DNA of 64,000 bases from Phoronis australis (lineage: Eukaryota; Animalia; Phoronida): contig NMRA01000693.1 of NCBI GenBank assembly GCA_002633005.1, positions 62,001 through 126,000 of the forward strand, written 5' to 3'. A model generated the notes under the pieces. It made no database searches and had not been told where the DNA came from. It saw only the letters and a list, made by a program, of their open reading frames with translations. Each line of letters opens with the position of its first letter. Position 1 is the stretch's first letter. The translations under genes and the position numbers were made by a program. This document shows, piece by piece, positions 61,699-64,000 of this stretch.

Positions 61699-62378
61699 AC
61701 ACTGATGCAATTTGGTGGTAAATGACCGTTGCAGCAAAATCTCAAGTTGTGAAACTGACTAGTTTGAAAGAGCACATCATCGACCTTACACTGAAGCTTG
61801 AACTGACTGAAGTCAGTATTGTGTAAAATATACCCATGATATTAGTGGCCTTTTCTTCCAGATTGGATTACTACATTGCACTCATTTCAACACATGGATT
61901 GAAGTTTGTTGTTAGAGTAGAGAAAGAATTATAATTCTGATTGTGAATTTAACAATATAAAATAAATATGCTTGGTTGAAAAAGACATTCTATTTATACT
62001 TCATACTGCACTTCGCCCTATTTAGCAGGTTAAAAATATCGTAAATCAAAGTAGAACGCAGTTGCGTATGTGCACTTACAGCTCTTCATGTCTATGCAGG
62101 TGCATAGTGAGTTACAGGCTTATAACATGGCATAAAATATGGGTCCTTGATACACTATGAAAGAACAAGTGGGTAAGTTAGAATGTCAACACTCAGAAAA
62201 CTGAACTTAATGACCCCAAAATTGCATCCAATAGCCTTAAAGCTTAGTACAAAGCTTTTCATTAGTATACCAAACTAATGTGTGAAATGGAAAATTCTAG
62301 CTCAAAAATCAGTTTTGAAAATTTTAGTATAATGCTGATTTGATTCACAAGTCCTATGAATAAATGTTGACTTTTGTA

Positions 62379-62966
62379 AACAAGTGCAACGCAGAGCGTT
62401 GAAATGCGCCCACGAATGCATCGCAAACAGTGTGCTTTTAGGGTTGTATATTTGTATCATCAAAATGGCCACTAGATGGTGCAAAATACGTCGAATCTGT
62501 CTGAAAACCTGCAAATGCCATAGTTTCTTTAAAAGAAAGCCATTTACATTTCATTAAAATTCTTCGAGGAACTTCAAAGAAACCGAGGAAAAAGAAAAAA
62601 ACATGAAATTGCCACTAGGGGGCACAGTGTTCATCCGATCTGTCTAAAAGTCGTCGTCTTTTCTCGTTAACTTCACTAAATACACGAGCTAAATTTAATG
62701 AAAATCCTGCAGAGGGCTTAGGAAATACAGATATGGGTGCAAAAAACCTAAACCGCCACTAGGAGGCACCACAATAGTCGAAGTCATCAGAAAATTATCG
62801 TCAACCATCCCCTTCATAAAAAGAACATACCAAAACTTTCGCAATCATCCTTAGAGTGGTTGGTTGACAGAGGAACGGATGCCAAAAAACACTCGAAAAC
62901 AACAAAAATGGCCACTAGGTGGCGCAAAGTACGTAGAATCCATCCGAAAACGGGAGGATAGCATCA
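62379..62966. mobile_element. Copy of the CTCF-motif-array repeat, interrupted by a MITE
   Basis: aacaagtgcaacgcagagcgttgaaatgc terminus; motifs at 62469, 62612, 62756, 62912. Confidence 0.8.
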
Positions 62967-63458
62967 CAGGCCTTCATCCAGGATTTCGAAAATAGGGTGT
63001 CCAAAATGAGGTTCCCAATATTCCAGGGCGTCCATAATTCCGACGCGTAACCCCCCATCCCCAGCAATCCCCCCAAACACACAGATTTTTTTTACAAAAA
63101 AATGCATAGACCAAGGTTTTTACATCTAAGTTTACAAAACAGCCTTCTGTAGTGAGCATTTTAATAAAACATTGGTGTAGACCAAGACTTTTACAATGCT
63201 ATCAACCAAGTGTGAGCATAGCAACATTGTATATACTTTGTATATACATTGTATATTTCTTCCTGCTTTGAAAAAAGAGCCCCCACTGTGAGCCTTCAGA
63301 GGCTTCCTAGTAATCATTACAATGTGTGTGTCCAAACTTGAAAGGTTCCTATTGACAGTGGGCGTCCAAATGATACATTGGGCGTCCTTGCCAGGGCGTC
63401 CATATTAGTGCTGGGGCGTCCATTTGGACGCCCAGGACGTACGCTGCATGAAGGCCTG
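62967..63458. mobile_element. hAT-like MITE
   Basis: 15-bp TIR caggccttcatccag / ctgcatgaaggcctg (one mismatch); multiple subterminal ggcgtcc repeats. Right flank is lost in the N-gap, so the TSD cannot be checked. Confidence 0.75.
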
Positions 63459-63550
63459 NNNNNNNNNNNNNNNNNNNNNNNNNNNNNNNNNNNNNNNNNN
63501 NNNNNNNNNNNNNNNNNNNNNNNNNNNNNNNNNNNNNNNNNNNNNNNNNN
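63459..63550. other. Assembly gap
   Basis: Run of N. Confidence 1.
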
Positions 63551-64000
63551 CTGCTATTATAATGCTGGAAAATTTCAACTGGTGTGTTAAGTAGGATGTA
63601 CCAATGACTTACGAATAACAGCAAACACTTTGAAATAGATAAATAAGGACATCGTGTCCATACATTACCCACTGTCAAAAAATATCCATGAAAAAGACAG
63701 TGGCTGCGACTGATAAAGCAGGAGAATTTCGATCCCAGCCATTGCTAAACAGCAAAAAATAAACATGTGAGCTAATCAAATAATTGGAGGAACTGACAGT
63801 GATATTTATTTCTCTGCTTTTAAATTTCTGTTCACCAAATCCGAGTTGGAATCAATAGCTCACTTGCGAGTTTCTCATTAGTCAATGTGACGTCACCGGA
63901 AGGGAAGGGGGCAAAAGCCGCCATATTGCTCTTGTTTTGCCCCGAGTCTTTGCTACACACGCTAAATCTTACTGGAGTTCTTATGGTGATTTTTAAGCTT

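Overview
AT-rich animal genomic DNA from a draft assembly (single Ns at 5864, 33049, 59158; N-gap 63459-63550), probably a marine invertebrate. Gene identities are from recognition of the translated sequence, not from database searches. Four protein-coding genes can be reconstructed: (1) GABARAP/Atg8 (+, 3 exons, 117 aa); (2) a divergent TMEM135-family membrane protein (+, 4 exons, 398 aa); (3) the 3' part of CEP290 (-, 22 phase-compatible GT-AG exons, 1087 aa, upstream exons outside the window); (4) a class A GPCR with a single coding exon (+), apparently nested antisense in a >17 kb CEP290 intron. Introns are full of mobile DNA: a hAT-type element with a perfect 8-bp TSD, an L1/Tx1-like 3' fragment, a decayed RTE-X-like LINE carrying two nested Helentron-type elements, MITEs, minisatellites, and a 5'-truncated Penelope-like element whose inverted repeats contain a hammerhead ribozyme. 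The most unusual signals are a dispersed repeat built of ~150-bp units that each carry a CTCF-consensus-like motif in the same orientation, the Penelope hammerhead pair (one intact, one mutated), and intronic tandem repeats derived from CEP290 exon or splice-acceptor sequence. No CRISPR, rRNA, tRNA or prokaryote-type system is supported, and I see no clearly new multi-gene system.
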